Source: Mobula hypostoma
Lineage: Eukaryota
DNA length: 64,000 nucleotides
NCBI RefSeq assembly: GCF_963921235.1
Contig: NC_086097.1
Coordinates: 185,630,001 to 185,694,000 of the forward strand
Direction: 5' to 3'
The notes under the pieces: model-generated
The model's input: the letters and a program-made list of their open reading frames with translations, nothing else
Database searches by the model: none
Told to the model about the DNA's origin: nothing
Position numbers and translations under genes: made by a program
In this document: one piece after another, positions 23,801-36,490 of the stretch
Layout: each line of letters opens with the position of its first letter
Position numbering within the stretch: position 1 is the stretch's first letter

Positions 23801-26800
23801 TGGATTCCGTGTAGTGACTGGTGTCCCCGGACCTAAAAGCCGCAGTTCTAGCCTTTAAAAGGGACTTGACCTCATAATTCATCCAAGGTTTCCGGGTAGG
23901 GAATACCCGGATCGTCTTGCGAGACACACAGTCCTCCGTGCATTTCCAAATACAGTCCGTGACAGCTGAGGCATACTTATTAAGGTTAGCTGCCAAGTTC
24001 TTGAATACTAACCAGTCCACTGATTCAATGCAGTCACGGAGGACCTCATCCATTTCCTCCGTCCAACGCGACACTACTTGTGACACTGTGACCTCCCGCT
24101 TCAGTTTCTGTTTGTAAGCTGGGAGGAGGAGTACGGTCTGATGGTCCGATTTTCCAGAGTGAGGTCGTGGGACAGAACGGTAGGCATCCTTGACTGCTGT
24201 GTAACATTGGTCAAGTATATTCAGGCCTCTAGTGGGGCAGGAGACATGTTGGTATAACTTTGGCAGCGCCTTTCTGAGGTTGGCCTAGTTAAAGTCCCCG
24301 GCTGTAATGAGCAAAGCCTCCGGATAACTGGTCTCAAGTTCACTGATGTTGGCATACAGTATGTTCACAGCACACTCCACATCCGCCTGGGGGGGAATGT
24401 AGACCGCTGTCAGTATGAGCGAGGTGAATTACTGTGGCAGATAGTAGGGACGACACTTCACCGACGGGTGTTCCAGGTCCAGGCTGCAGGAACTTGTCAG
24501 TGCCACTGTGTCCGAGCACCACGCAGTGTTGATCAGTAGGCAGACACCACCTCCCCTTGTCTTGCCCGAAGACACCGTGCAGTCCATCCGATGGATCGAA
24601 AATCCTTCCAGTTGGATGGCACAATCGGGGGTGGCAGGGTGGAGCCAGGTCTCGGTGAAACAGAATACACAGCAGTTCTGCATCTCCCTGCAATAGGTGA
24701 GTCTCCCTTTAAGATCATCCACCTTGTTCTCTACGGCTTGCACATTAGCTAGTAGGATGGTTGGCATAGCGACCCTGAAGCCCCTCAGCTTCAATCTGAC
24801 CAGCAGCCCAGCTCTTTTCCCACGCTTCCTTGTAAGTAGTGCATCTTTCCAGGTCTCCATCGATGCAGTGTGTTGTTGTCAGCTCTTTGCGTTTGGTGTA
24901 CGCATCCCGTGGGAATCCATCGGCCGGTCGCGTCATCGTGCGCTCTGGGTCAGGCCAAGTAACGGGGGAGGCTCCGTTGCCATTTCCAGCCGCCGGAGGC
25001 CCGGGCTGTCGATTGGGTCAGGCCCCGAAGCCGACACTTAATTCCGGAGGGCTGGGCTCCTTGCTGAGACAAGTCCGTAAACTGAGTCACAGTTGTGGAG
25101 GCCTCCGCTCCAGCCGAGCCTTGGGCTTGATTTCCGAGGTCGGCGGCGGAGGCCTCACTTCTGGCAACTATCGATGGCCACTAATGGGGCTTTACGGTGG
25201 TCGCTCCGGGGAAGTGTCTGGGGCACCTTGAGGTCTCCGCCGTCACTTCTGTGTGGTTGTCTGCTCTGGAGAGGTGCTGGTCGGAATGGGCCGTGTCTCC
25301 AAGCGCTCCGGCACGGTAGCAGACCGCGGATCTCCGGGAACGTGATGAGCCTCATTGGTCGGGTCCAGGTGCCATCCGGAGTTTAAGAAGCAGTTCTGGT
25401 GCGGTGGTCTCCAGCTGGGTCAGTGGCTTCGCCAGGGTGTTGTTGACCTTCATCTTTCTAAATTGGAGGTTTAGAAGGGTTTCTCGGGTATAAGGTAGAG
25501 GAGAGGGCAGTTTGCTCGGGAGAGCATACGCAAAGTCGCCAGTTACCGGCGCCATCTTTAACGGAAAATGGATGGAACCATTAGTAGATCTTTAGTAGAT
25601 GGAACCCCCTTACATTTTCACTTGTTGGTCGCATCCATATAGTCAAAATGATGATTTTACCAAAATGTTTATATTTATTTCAGAATATCCCTGTTTTTCT
25701 GACTAAGAAGTTTTTTGATCGGATTGATTCTATTATTTTATCTTTTATTTGGAATGATAAAAGACCAAGAATTAGTATTTGGATTTATTTAAAGAAGATA
25801 GACTGATGTCTTTTGAACAATTAGTTGATAAATATTCTCTTTCATACTCCACTTTTTCCAATACCTTCAAGTTAGACATTTCTTATAAAAATATTTAAGT
25901 AGTTTTCCTTGCATATTGGATGCCAACCTGTTAGATACTATTACGAGTATGAACCATTTGATGAAGGGTTTACAATTTACTATTTATAATTTTTGATTTA
26001 CTATTACAATGGGATAAGCGTTCTTTATTTAAGATTAACCAAGATTGGGAAAAGGAACTTAATTTGATTTTTATGATGGAGGACTGGACGCGGATTCTGA
26101 AGTTGCTTAACTCTTCTTCGATCTGTGCTAGTCATTCAATGATTCAATTTAAAATTGTACATTGTTACCATTTGACAAAGGAGAGATTGTCTAAAATGTT
26201 TCCTAATGTTGATAGTTATTGCGATAGATGTAAAACTAAGACAGCTACGCTGACACACAGCAGAACTGCTGTTTTGGTCCTGTTCTGTACTGGAACAGTT
26301 CTAGAAGTCAGTTTTTTCTACAATTTCTAAAGCACTTAAAATTAACTTACAACCTGACAAATTAACTGTGCTTTTTGGAAAAATTCCTCAAAATACCCGC
26401 GGTATCTCTTTGTCTGACCAACATGTTATTGCATTTGTTACATTGATAGCGAGGAGGACCATTTTGTTCAAGTGGAAGGATATATCGGCTCCTATTTTGT
26501 CACAATGGTTCTCTCAAGTGATGCTATGTCTTAGTTTGGAGAAAATTAGAAGTCGAACCTTTAAACCTATGTTTGATTTTGAGAAAAGATGGGGTTCATT
26601 TTCTTGTTACTATCATTTGAGTTAATTGATAGATTTCCTCCACGATCTAATTGTAAATTTTTGGTACATTTTTTTCCTTGCTGGCAGTTTGATGTTTATC
26701 TTTAGAAGCTTTTTGTATGATGCGTGGCTCCGGGGTTGAACACCTAAAGGGTTTTTTTTTCTCACTTTTCTTTGCTTTAGTAGGGGTTTTTTTTCCTCTT

Positions 26801-26925
26801 GTCACCAAAATTTTTTCAATCTTTAAAACAATGTGTTCTTTTTTCTTGAGACATTGTAAGTGTTGCCTACTTCGATGTACTCTTGTTAATTTTGGATAAT
26901 AATAATAAAAAGATTTGTAAAGAAA
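20900..26925 (+). mobile_element. L1/Tx1-clade LINE ORF2 3' part (20900-21913 and 25591-26925), split by a Rex1 insertion
   Basis: APGLDGYPVDFYKKF, PISLLNVDAKILSK, DQTGFIKG, SLDAEKAFDRVEW, ISLYPDDLL, CCHC-type CDRCK...TLTH; A-rich tail. Confidence 0.9.
21914..25568 (-). mobile_element. near full-length (about 3.65 kb) Rex1/Babar LINE, APE + RT, with few disabling mutations
   Basis: RKRGKRAG..PTILLANVQ..FCFTETWL (APE); [46 protein letters not shown] (RT); (TATAAAG)n-like tail; 5' end AAGATGGCG. Confidence 0.95.
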
Positions 26926-27210
26926 TGGGGAGTAGTGAGGGCTTACCAAAGTTCCTATCACTAATTCCAAAACATTTGCTCTCAACGATTAAATCTTATA
27001 TCCATTTGCCTGATGCAAGACCAGGCAGCTGATATAAAAATTGTAGTTATATACAGCTAGTATCTTTGTAAACTTATGTTCAGTGATAGACTTTTAATTG
27101 TTTACTACCTTTTTGTGGTTTTGTTTCATAAAGGGAATGGCATAGGCAGCAGCAGTAATTTGGTATTTAATACATTGATTTCAAAACTAATCCTCAAACA
27201 TTTGTAAGCA

Positions 27211-27434
27211 ATCTCACTGGGGACACATATCCCAGTGTCTACTATTCATCTCACTGGGGACACATATCCCAGTGTCTACTATTCATCTCACTGGGGACGC
27301 ATATCCCAGTGTCTACTATTCATCTCACTGGGGACGCATATCCCAGTGTCTACTATTCATCTCACTGGGGACACATATCCCAGTGTCTACTATTCATCTC
27401 ACTGGGGACGCATATCCCAGTGTCTACTATTCAT
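27211..27434. repeat. minisatellite, 6 x 37 bp
   Basis: Unit atctcactggggac[a/g]catatcccagtgtctactattc; copies start at 27211, 27248, 27285, 27322, 27359 and 27396. Confidence 0.97.
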
Positions 27435-27999
27435 TGAGCATTTTTGAACTTAAATGTGTGCATGATATGCATGCATTTAACACTACCCCTTCAGAAACCA
27501 TCAGATTTAAATTCTTGGTTATGCCCTGACTGCAGTCGTGAAATTTGATTTGATTTTTTTAGTATGCGTATCACTTATATCAGCTGTTTTCATTATTTAT
27601 TTCTAGCCTCTTGCGCTAGAAAAGGTGGCATTAAATTAAATAAAAAGGAAACAGCATGTGCAACATAACACAGCTATGTTAGCATTTCTGTGGGTGTACA
27701 CTACTTCTTCACTTCCCTTTCCTGATTTTTCACAATTGCTTTAATGCTTTGCTGGGCACAACGCTCTAGTTCCTAGATGTTACCATTCCATGTTGCAAAT
27801 GATCTTGGGAGGGAGTAGGGATCCAAATTGCTGATGACACTAAGATATATAAGTTACATTGCCAGATTATTGGGAAGAACGAGGTCACTCATGTTCACCA
27901 CACAACAAGCATCATCTGTTTTACCAAATTATATGCTTGCAACTGTGAAAGAATGGTGAGATTTAGACATCCTTGTATATAAATCCCATTTTTAAAATT

Positions 28000-28400
28000 A
28001 AGTAGAATGTAGAATAGTACAGACCCTTCAGTCCACAATGTTGTGCTGACACGTTTTAACCTAAACTATGATCAATCTAATGATGCCTTCCTGCAAAGCC
28101 CTTCATTTTTCTTTCGTTCACCTGCCTATCTAAGAGTCTCTTAACTACCCTTTTGTATCTGCCTCTATCACCACCGCACACACCCACCCTGTGTATATAA
28201 AAGAACCTTACCTCTGACATCCCTCGATAACTTCCTCCAACCACCTTAAAATTATGCCTTCTCGTATTAGCCATTTCTACCCGGGGGTGGGGGGTGCAGG
28301 CTGTCCACTCTAAGGGTGCCTCTTATCAATTTATGCACCTCCATCACTTCTGATCTTCCTTAGCTCCAAGGAGAAAAGTCCTAAGTTGATCAACCTTTCC
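28000..28400 (-). mobile_element. CR1 3' end
   Basis: ANTRRHNFKVVGGSYRG.. and a CR1 tail. Confidence 0.75.
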
Positions 28401-28419
28401 TCATTAGTGGGTAGCTACC

Positions 28420-28608
28420 TAAAAAATAAAAATATTAATCCCTCTTCTCCAGCCCTTTACCTTTCCCACCCACCAGGCTTCATCTATAGCCTTCTAGCTT
28501 TTTATTCTGGTGAACTTCCCCTTCCTTTCCAGTCCTGAAGAAGGGTCTTGTTCGTTTCCATAGATGCACCCGGACCTGCTGAGTTCCTCCAGCATTTTGT
28601 GTGTGTTA
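28420..28608 (+). mobile_element. Penelope pseudo-LTR remnant with a broken hammerhead
   Basis: cagtcctgaagaagggtct...tagatgc...cctgctgagttcctccagcattttgtgtgtgtt; the GAAAC half is deleted. Confidence 0.65.
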
Positions 28609-28612
28609 CTAT

Positions 28613-29271
28613 GATTAGATTAGATTCTGAGGACACTCAGTCCTCGTTTATTGTCATTTAGAAATGCATGCATTAAAAAATGATACAATGTTCCTCCAGA
28701 GTGATATCACAGAAACACAGGACAAACCAAGACTAAAACTGACAAAACCACATTATTATAACATATAGTTACAACAGTGCAAAGCAATACCATAATTTGA
28801 TAAAGAGCAGACCATAGGCATGGTTAAAAAAAAAAAGTCTCAAAGTCCCAATAGACTCATCATCTCACGCAGGCGGCAGAAGGGAGGAACTCTCCCTGTC
28901 ATGAACCTCCAAGCGCCGCTAACTTGCCGATGCAGCACCATTTGAAGCACCCGACCGCAGCAGACTCTGAGTTCGTCCGAAAACTTCGAGCATCCGACCA
29001 GCCCCTCCGACACAGCCTCTCCGAGCACTTCGACCCTGCCCCGGCCGCTGAGCAACAAGCAAAGCCGAGGACTTGGGGCCTTTTCCTCCGAAGATTCTGG
29101 ACCACACAGTAGCAGCAGCAACAAAGCAGGCATTTCAGAAGTTTCACCAGATGTTTCTCCATGCTCTCACGTCCGTCTCCATCAAATCAGGATTGTGCAC
29201 GGCACCCTACTTGCAAATAACGGACATCACCACCGGAGTAGCCGCTGCGAGCTGTATCGCGCCGCCATCTT
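28613..29271 (-). mobile_element. about 660-bp non-autonomous retroposon, copy 1
   Basis: Highly similar to 33753-34440; 5' AAGATGGCGG, 3' stem-loop plus (AATCT)n tail. Confidence 0.85.
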
Positions 29272-30299
29272 CTCCTATTGGTAATAAAAGCTGTTGTTCA
29301 GTTTTAGAAAGCTGCTAAAGTAAAAGGTTAGGGATTACTCTGCAATTATTGAATGTGCTGGTTGGAGTTCAGTATTCTGTACTAGGCATTGGCAATAGAG
29401 GGGATGTAGGGAAATTCGATGTAATTGTAAACAGTTAAATTATGAGGAAAAATGACACAAACTGTTTATTTATTTGTCGATTATTGAGGAGTAATAAGTG
29501 ACCAAATCAAAGTTTTAGAATGACTCTATTCATGGAATTCTTTTGAAGAAGCAATTTAAGAAGATAAACAAGTTACAGGTTCACATGTCTTGAAAGTGCT
29601 CAATGTGTGTAGATGTCTGCGTTGCTTTCTCATGCTTGATTTGTATGGGTGTATTCTGTGACAGAGAGACGTGTAGTATTATTTTTCCTGGAGTCTACCC
29701 AACGAATGTTGCAGCTTAGTGGAAGATCTATGGAAACTGAAGAAAAAGTGTCTTCTTCCTTTTGTTTTCTTTGCTTCTCCTTAAAGGGAACTTCACTGGA
29801 CAACATCTGGATAACTATTAATCAGCTATGTCAGCAGAGATTATGTAATTTGTCTTAGATTTCCAAAAATACATGAGAATCTCATTTATAAATAACTGAA
29901 TCCAGATTTTTCTCATCAGTGCTTCTTTTAAAATGGCTTTGGATCTTAAACCCCTCTGCCACCAGGAAGTGCTGACCAGAAGCACACGACCGGTACAACT
30001 TTAGCTTCTTTTCTGGGGAAAAAACAGTCATAATCTTGCGGTGAATGGATCATTTTTTATGTCCACCCAATTAACCCTTGCCAGGACACACTTTGGAGTA
30101 GATTGGGTGTGGTCCACCCATTGAGCAAGTCTATTCAGGGCTTCACTGCTGGGGATATTTGTCTGAAAGAAATCTCTGTCCTTGGTTCACATCTTGTCAA
30201 CACATTTGAAGGTTTTTGCAGAGATGACATTGGTAGACATCTCCAGTGATTTAAAGAGCTTGTTCTGGTGAAATAACGGTGCTGTTATTCTGCATCAGG

Positions 30300-32668
30300 G
30301 CAGACAGTAGGTTGAGTAAGTGGGCAAAAGACTGGCAAATGGTGTTTAGTTTGGGGAAGTGTCTTGCACTTGAGTAAGAGAAATCAAAAGGTAGATTATT
30401 ATCTAAATGGCAAGATATTGCAAATTAGTGAAGTGCATGGATTAAGAAGAGTTATCAGGCAGGTCCAACAAACAGTTAAAAATCCAAATAGTACTTTAGC
30501 TTTCATTGCAGAGGAGCCCAAGTTTAAGTACTGGGAAGTCTTATGCAATTGTACAGGATGTTGGTGAAGACTCACCTGAAATTTTATATACACTAGATTT
30601 ATATTTATGGAGTATATTTATATACACCATATATACTGTACACTATATTATGATCCCTTTACAGGTAAAGATATAGTAACATTAGAGGTAGCACAAAAGA
30701 GATTCACCAGGCTAATTCCTGAGATGAAAGTATCATTCTATCAAAAGACATGAAATAATTTTCACCTGTAATCCTCCGAGTTTAGAAGGGCGAGCTCGCT
30801 CAAGATCCTAAGGATGCTTGGCAGAGGAGATGTTGAGATGTTTTTAGTAACTGGGGAGTCTTGAACAAGGGAACATGACTGCAAGGTAAAAGGCAGGTCA
30901 TTTAACACAGATATGCAAAAGGTTCTCCAAGAACGTGGTGAATCTATGCAGTTCTGTGCCCTGGTGGGTGGTGAAAGTTGAATTGTTAAAAGTATTTCTC
31001 ATGGAGACAGATAAATACCTGATAAATCAAGGGCCTGAAGGTTTTTGGAGACACAATACAGAAGAGGAGTTGAGGACAATGTAGATCAAATGGTGTGGTC
31101 ACATTGAAGTACCTGATGGCCCACTCTTGATCTTGCTTCCTTGTGTTTTTATTGCACATTTCCAAATGCTGCTGAGAAGGTGTTACTGGTCTACCTTTTT
31201 GAACCACTGCAATCTTCTGGTGAAAGTACACCCACAATATGAGTTGATTTAGAGATTCAGGGCTTGGAACCAGTAAAGATGGAAGTATTTCCAAGTTGGT
31301 GTGCTGGTATACCCATACACTGGTTGCCTTTGTTTTTCCTAAGCAACGAAGGAGCTGTCCAAAATGTCTAGTGGATTCAGTAAATGGTGTGCATTTCAGC
31401 CCAGGAGCTTCAGCAGTGCAAGGAATGTAGACTTATGGTGGTATATGGGTTGCTGCTCAAATGGGCTCCTTTGTCCTTGGTTATGTTAAGATTTTCAGTG
31501 CTATTGGAACTGCATCTATTCCATCAAGCTTTCTGCTCTGTAATGAATGGAAAGGTTGAAATAGTACCTGAATCTCTTGTTGCAGGATATGCAGCTTTTG
31601 GCTTGCTCTTGCACCATATGTGGATGGTCCACCAGGTTTTTAGTTAATAAAAACCAACAGGTTTGGTTCGAATAGTTTTGTATCACTAGTTGGACATAGT
31701 TGTTGCTTGAATTCAAGGAAATGTGGATTCAGCAAGGTGGTTATGGTTTGTGGGACTTTTGTAAGCATGTACTGCTTTGTAACTTGAGAGTAACAATGAA
31801 TCCATGATTAAGAAAGTGATCATTTAGAAAATCATAAATGTTTATTGGAATTTTTAAAAGGGAGATTTTGTTTGATAAATCTGGTTTTGAGGTTGCAGCT
31901 ACTAGAATAGATGAGCTACCAATGGATATGTTTGAATTGGACACCCTTTTATAAAAGGCCACGTGAGTTTATCATGCAGAGTAGGAGCACAGAAGGTATC
32001 AAGTGATGTACTGAAGTTGATCGAAATTGTTAATAGCTAAAAAAGAGTGGGAATAAATGAATAACTTTTTTGAGTTGGGTGCCTGTAGCTAGTAGGATGT
32101 TGTAGGAATTGCTGCCACATAACAGCTATTCACAATCTATGTTAATGATTGGATTGGCTGGTTTAATATATCCAAATTGGGTAAAGAATATACTCGGTGA
32201 TGTGGCTTGCAGCTGGGTGACTGACTTGTGAAGGAAATGAGGAGCCCACTCTACAAGATTTAGACAAGGTGATTGAACAAAGATGTGGCTAATGGAATAT
32301 TATGTTGGAAAGTGTAAGGTCATCTACTGTATTTTTAAGTGGTGCAAAGTTCTTTTTGATGGTGACAGCGTGAAAGATACTGGTGTTTAGAGGGTCCTGG
32401 GTGTCGTGGCGTGTGATTCACTGGAAAGTATACATACAATTTGCTTATTAGAAGAGGATTTGAGGATGTCTTGCTGCAATTATCCAGCATGTTAATGAGA
32501 GCACATCTGGAATATGGCATAAACGGTTAGTCTTTCTATCCAAGGATCTATTATTATGAAGGGGGAATGCAGTAAAGGTTCACCAGTTAATTGCTGGAAT
32601 GAGAGCACTTATACAAATAGGCCAAAACGTTCTTGAATTTAGAAGAATGTGAGCTAATCTCTTGAAAC
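30300..32668 (+). mobile_element. old CR1 fragments (30300-31145 and 31780-32668)
   Basis: Decayed W..WQM.F...KC, YYLNG, RFTRLIP motifs and CR1 tails. Confidence 0.65.
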
Positions 32669-32669
32669 T

Positions 32670-35240
32670 CTCTTTTTTCCACTTTCAATCTATTTTTATT
32701 CATTTAAAAGAATAAGGATAAATACAAACCAGAGGAGAGGTTATCTCAAATACATATTTCAATAATAATACAAACAAAGAAAGGAGTATACACTGTCAAA
32801 ATCATATATAGTATTAAGCTATTATAAAGGGAGAAGAGAACCACTTCTCCTCTTAACAGTTCATGGAAAAAAAGATTCACAGTTTTCTATTATTGAGGAA
32901 AAAAACCCACTAAGCTAACCTAAAACAAAAAAAGAGGGGACTGGGCAGTCCATTTTGAGGATACAGTTTAAAAAGAAAAGGGAAAATCCTTCTGATCAAA
33001 TCTAAAAATTCGCGGAGAAAAAAGAATAATTAACTGAAAAAGTAATAAGAATTATATCATATGAAAATATTGAATAAAAGATCGCCAAGTTTGCTCAAAT
33101 TTAAAATATGTATCAAACATCCGACTTCTTATTTTCTTCAAACTTAAACAAAACATAATGGAGGAGAGCCAAAAAAATACAGTAGGTGGATTGGGATCCT
33201 TCCAGTACAATAGAATAGCTCCCCTAGCCAATAAAGTTGAGAAAGCTATCATGCGTTGAGCGGAAGCAGGAATAACCTCAAAGATTGCCATTAAGTGAAT
33301 TAGGTTCTAGGTCCAGACCTATGACTTTTGATAACGTTCTAAAAACATCTCTCCAAAAGTTATTTAACTTCATGCAGGACCAAAACATATGAGTTAAAGT
33401 GGCCACCTCAGTGCTGTATCCATCACAAGTAGGATTTATATTAGAAAAAATATGGGCTAGTTTATCTTTTGACATATGCACCCTGTGCACTAACTTGAAC
33501 TAAATAGATGAATTATTAACTAAATGACAAATTTTATTCCATTGATTATCTGAAAGTGATTCTTGAAGTTCTAATTCCCAAGCACGTTTAACATTACACA
33601 TCATTCGTAAATTCAATAGCCATTTATATATGATGGCTATCAATCCTTTTTGGAATGGTTTAAGCTGAAAGATAACATCTATCATATTTGATAAATGAGC
33701 AAGTGGGTAATTTGGTAACAAATCACGTAAAAAATTCCTAACTTGTAAATATTAGATTAGATTATGAGGACACTCAGTCCTTGTTTATTGTCATTTAGAA
33801 ATGCATGCATTAAAAAATGATACAACATTCCTCCAGAATGATATCACAAGAAAACACAGACAAACCAAGACTAAGACTGAGAAAACCACATAATTATAGC
33901 ATATAGTTACAACAGTGCAAAGCAATACCATAATTTGATAAAGAGCAGACCATGGGCACAGTAAAAAAAAAAGTCTCAAAGTCCCGATAGACTCACCATC
34001 TCACGCAGGCGGCAGAAGGGAGGAACTCTCCCTGCCATGAACCTCCAAGCGCCGCTAACTTGCCGATGCAGCACCATTTGAAGCACCTGACCGCAGCAGA
34101 CTCTGAGTCCGTCTGAAAACTTCGAGCATCCAGCCAGCCCCTCCAACACAGCCTCTCCAACACAGCCTCTCCGAGCACCAACCTCTGCCGAGCACTTCAA
34201 CCCCGCCTCGGCCGCTGAGCAACAAGCAAAGCCGAGGACTCGGGGCCTTCCCCTCCGGAGATTCTGGACCACACAATAGCAACAGCAGCGAAGCAGACAT
34301 TTCAGAAGTTTCACCAGATGTTCCTCTGTGCTCTCACATCCGTCTCCATCAAATCAGGATTGTGCACGGCACCCTACTTGACAAATTACAGACATCACCA
34401 CCAGAGTGGTCGCTGCGAGCTGCGTCGTGCTGCCATCTTGATATGGGCCATTTTCTGGGAACACAATATCTAAAAAACTGTGCATTAGATAAATTATATT
34501 TGTCCATTAGCGGAGAAAAAGACAAACAATCCTCTAAAAACAAATCTAGAGAAGTTATTTTTCCCTTAGTTTTCCATGTTAAAATGGCCTTGTCTAAAAT
34601 TGATGGTTTAAAAAAATAATTAAAATGGATATTACTAGAAAGAACAAAGTTATTTAAGTCAAAAGATCTGTGAAAGTGAAACCAAATTTTTAATGTATGT
34701 CTAACAATGGGACTAAGATTTTGTCTACCAATCTTAGAAAACAAAAAAGGAAGAGGAGCTCCCAACAAAGAAGCCAAAGAGAACCCCTTTACCGAGTTCT
34801 CCTCCAAGTCCAACCATGAAGGACAATCCTGCATATCTATACAGTGAATCCAAAAAGTAATATAACGAATATTCATTGCCCAGTAATAGAGTCTAAAGTT
34901 TGGTAAGGCCAAGCCACCATCTTTTTTTTAATTTTTGCAGTAAAGGTTTACTCACTCTGGAGCTTTTATTATTCCAGATATATGATAAGATCATAGAACC
35001 TATTCTATCAAAAAACGTTTTCGGGACAAAGGATGGAACAGCTTGAAACGTGTATCAAAATTTTGGTAAAATTGTCATTTTTATAGCATTTATTCGATCA
35101 ATTAATGACATCGTCATAGGCAACCATTTGGAAAGCGTTTGTTGTGTATATTCAATTAAAGGAAAAAAAATTGTACTTCTGTAAATCTTTAAAATTTTTA
35201 GTAATTTTAATACCAAGATAGGTAAAATAATGTTTAGCAA
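32670..35240 (-). mobile_element. L1/Tx1-clade LINE 3' part
   Basis: RINAIKMTILPKF, ALPNFRLYYWA, TLTHMFWSC, KIRSR..FEQTWRSFIQY; A-rich tail at about 32670. Confidence 0.88.
33753..34464 (-). mobile_element. about 700-bp non-autonomous retroposon, copy 2, inserted in the L1
   Basis: 5-bp TSD aatat (33748-33752 and 34465-34469) splits the L1 peptide FFRY|LQVRNF. Confidence 0.87.
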
Positions 35241-36171
35241 TATTAAAAGGTTCTTGAAACTCTCTTGCCCAGTTTGATTAGTCACATGGGTGTAATTGGG
35301 TGGTGTCAGCTTGTTGGGTCGAAAGAGCCTGTTGCTATACTAAAACTCTAAATAAAATATAAACTTTACGAATTCTGATAAATTTTAACAGAGTGAATGC
35401 ACAAGTGATAGTTGTCCTGCCTGGGATGTGAATCTGTCTAATTCTTTTCGAAAGAGGTGTGTGAGGTTGAGTCACTGAGTACATACAGGATGGAAATCAA
35501 ATCCACCTTAGATATGAAAGGAAACAAGAGATATGAGGTAGGACATAAAGTGTCACTGAAATAAAAGATCAGCCATGATTTTATTCAGCAACCAGGAGGC
35601 ACAAGCACCAAATAGCCTACTCTTCTGAAAGTCAAAAACTCTGCAGATGTTGATTGGGGAGAGGGGGGGGTGGAAGGAGGGAGAAAATGCTAGAAACACC
35701 CAGACTATACCTGTGGAAAGGGAAACAGCATTAATGTTTCTTACTATAATTATAATGGCCCTTAGTTGGGACTGGGAATGACAGAAGACAAGTTAATATT
35801 AAGCTATGGGTAGGGATGGATAAGACAAGAAATGTCTATTATTGGGTGAAGCTGATGTTGCTCTGGGGATGAGCTCCGAGCAAGGTCACCCAGATGGTGG
35901 TTTAAAGTGAACATTTAGTGAGAGAATATTGTTTATTGAAGTTATTAAGTGAGAGCAGGTAGAGGGGGCGAGGTAGAGAGAACAATGACAAAGGAATTTA
36001 GAGTTGCAAAATGCAGGACTAGAGACAGCCTGTAGTGCTCTCTGGATGTCCAATTTTGACCTGTCATTATCTATTCCCTCCCACTTAGCATGGTGGAAGT
36101 GCCAAACAACACGATGCATGCTGCCTCGGTTTGAAGGTGGGATTTTGTGTCATTAAAGCAGCTCCTGTTGT

Positions 36172-36490
36172 AGGGGTGGCATGGCAGCATTTCGCTTTGC
36201 AGCATTAGCGATCACCCATCGAGATTCAATCCCCACTGTCATTTCCTCTGTGGCCGCTGGGGTTTCCTCCGGATGCTCCAGTTTCCTCCCACATTCTAAA
36301 GGCATACAGTAAAGGTTAGTGAGTTTGTGGGCACCGGAAGCACTGGTGCGCCCTCTTCTATGTCGATGAGACCTGACATAGATTGGAGGAAACTGCTTTG
36401 TCAATCACCTTTGCTCCATCTGCCACAAAAGGCAGATATCACGGTAGCCACCCATTTCAATTCAACTTCCCGTTCCTCATTCTGACTCTA
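36172..36490 (+). mobile_element. HE1-like SINE remnant followed by a Penelope GIY-YIG remnant
   Basis: ggggtttcctccggatgctccagtttcctcccacattctaaag SINE core; gtagccacccatttcaattcaacttcc (VATHFNSTS). Confidence 0.6.

Noticed and set aside
27211..27434. CRISPR array (37-bp palindromic repeats)
   Set aside because: The units are directly adjacent with no unique spacers, there are no cas genes, and the context is a vertebrate intron.
28840..34314. Repeated Cys-rich ORFs (LLKCLL.CCCYCVVQNLRR) as a small gene family
   Set aside because: They are shared only because they lie in two copies of the same retroposon; frames differ between the copies.
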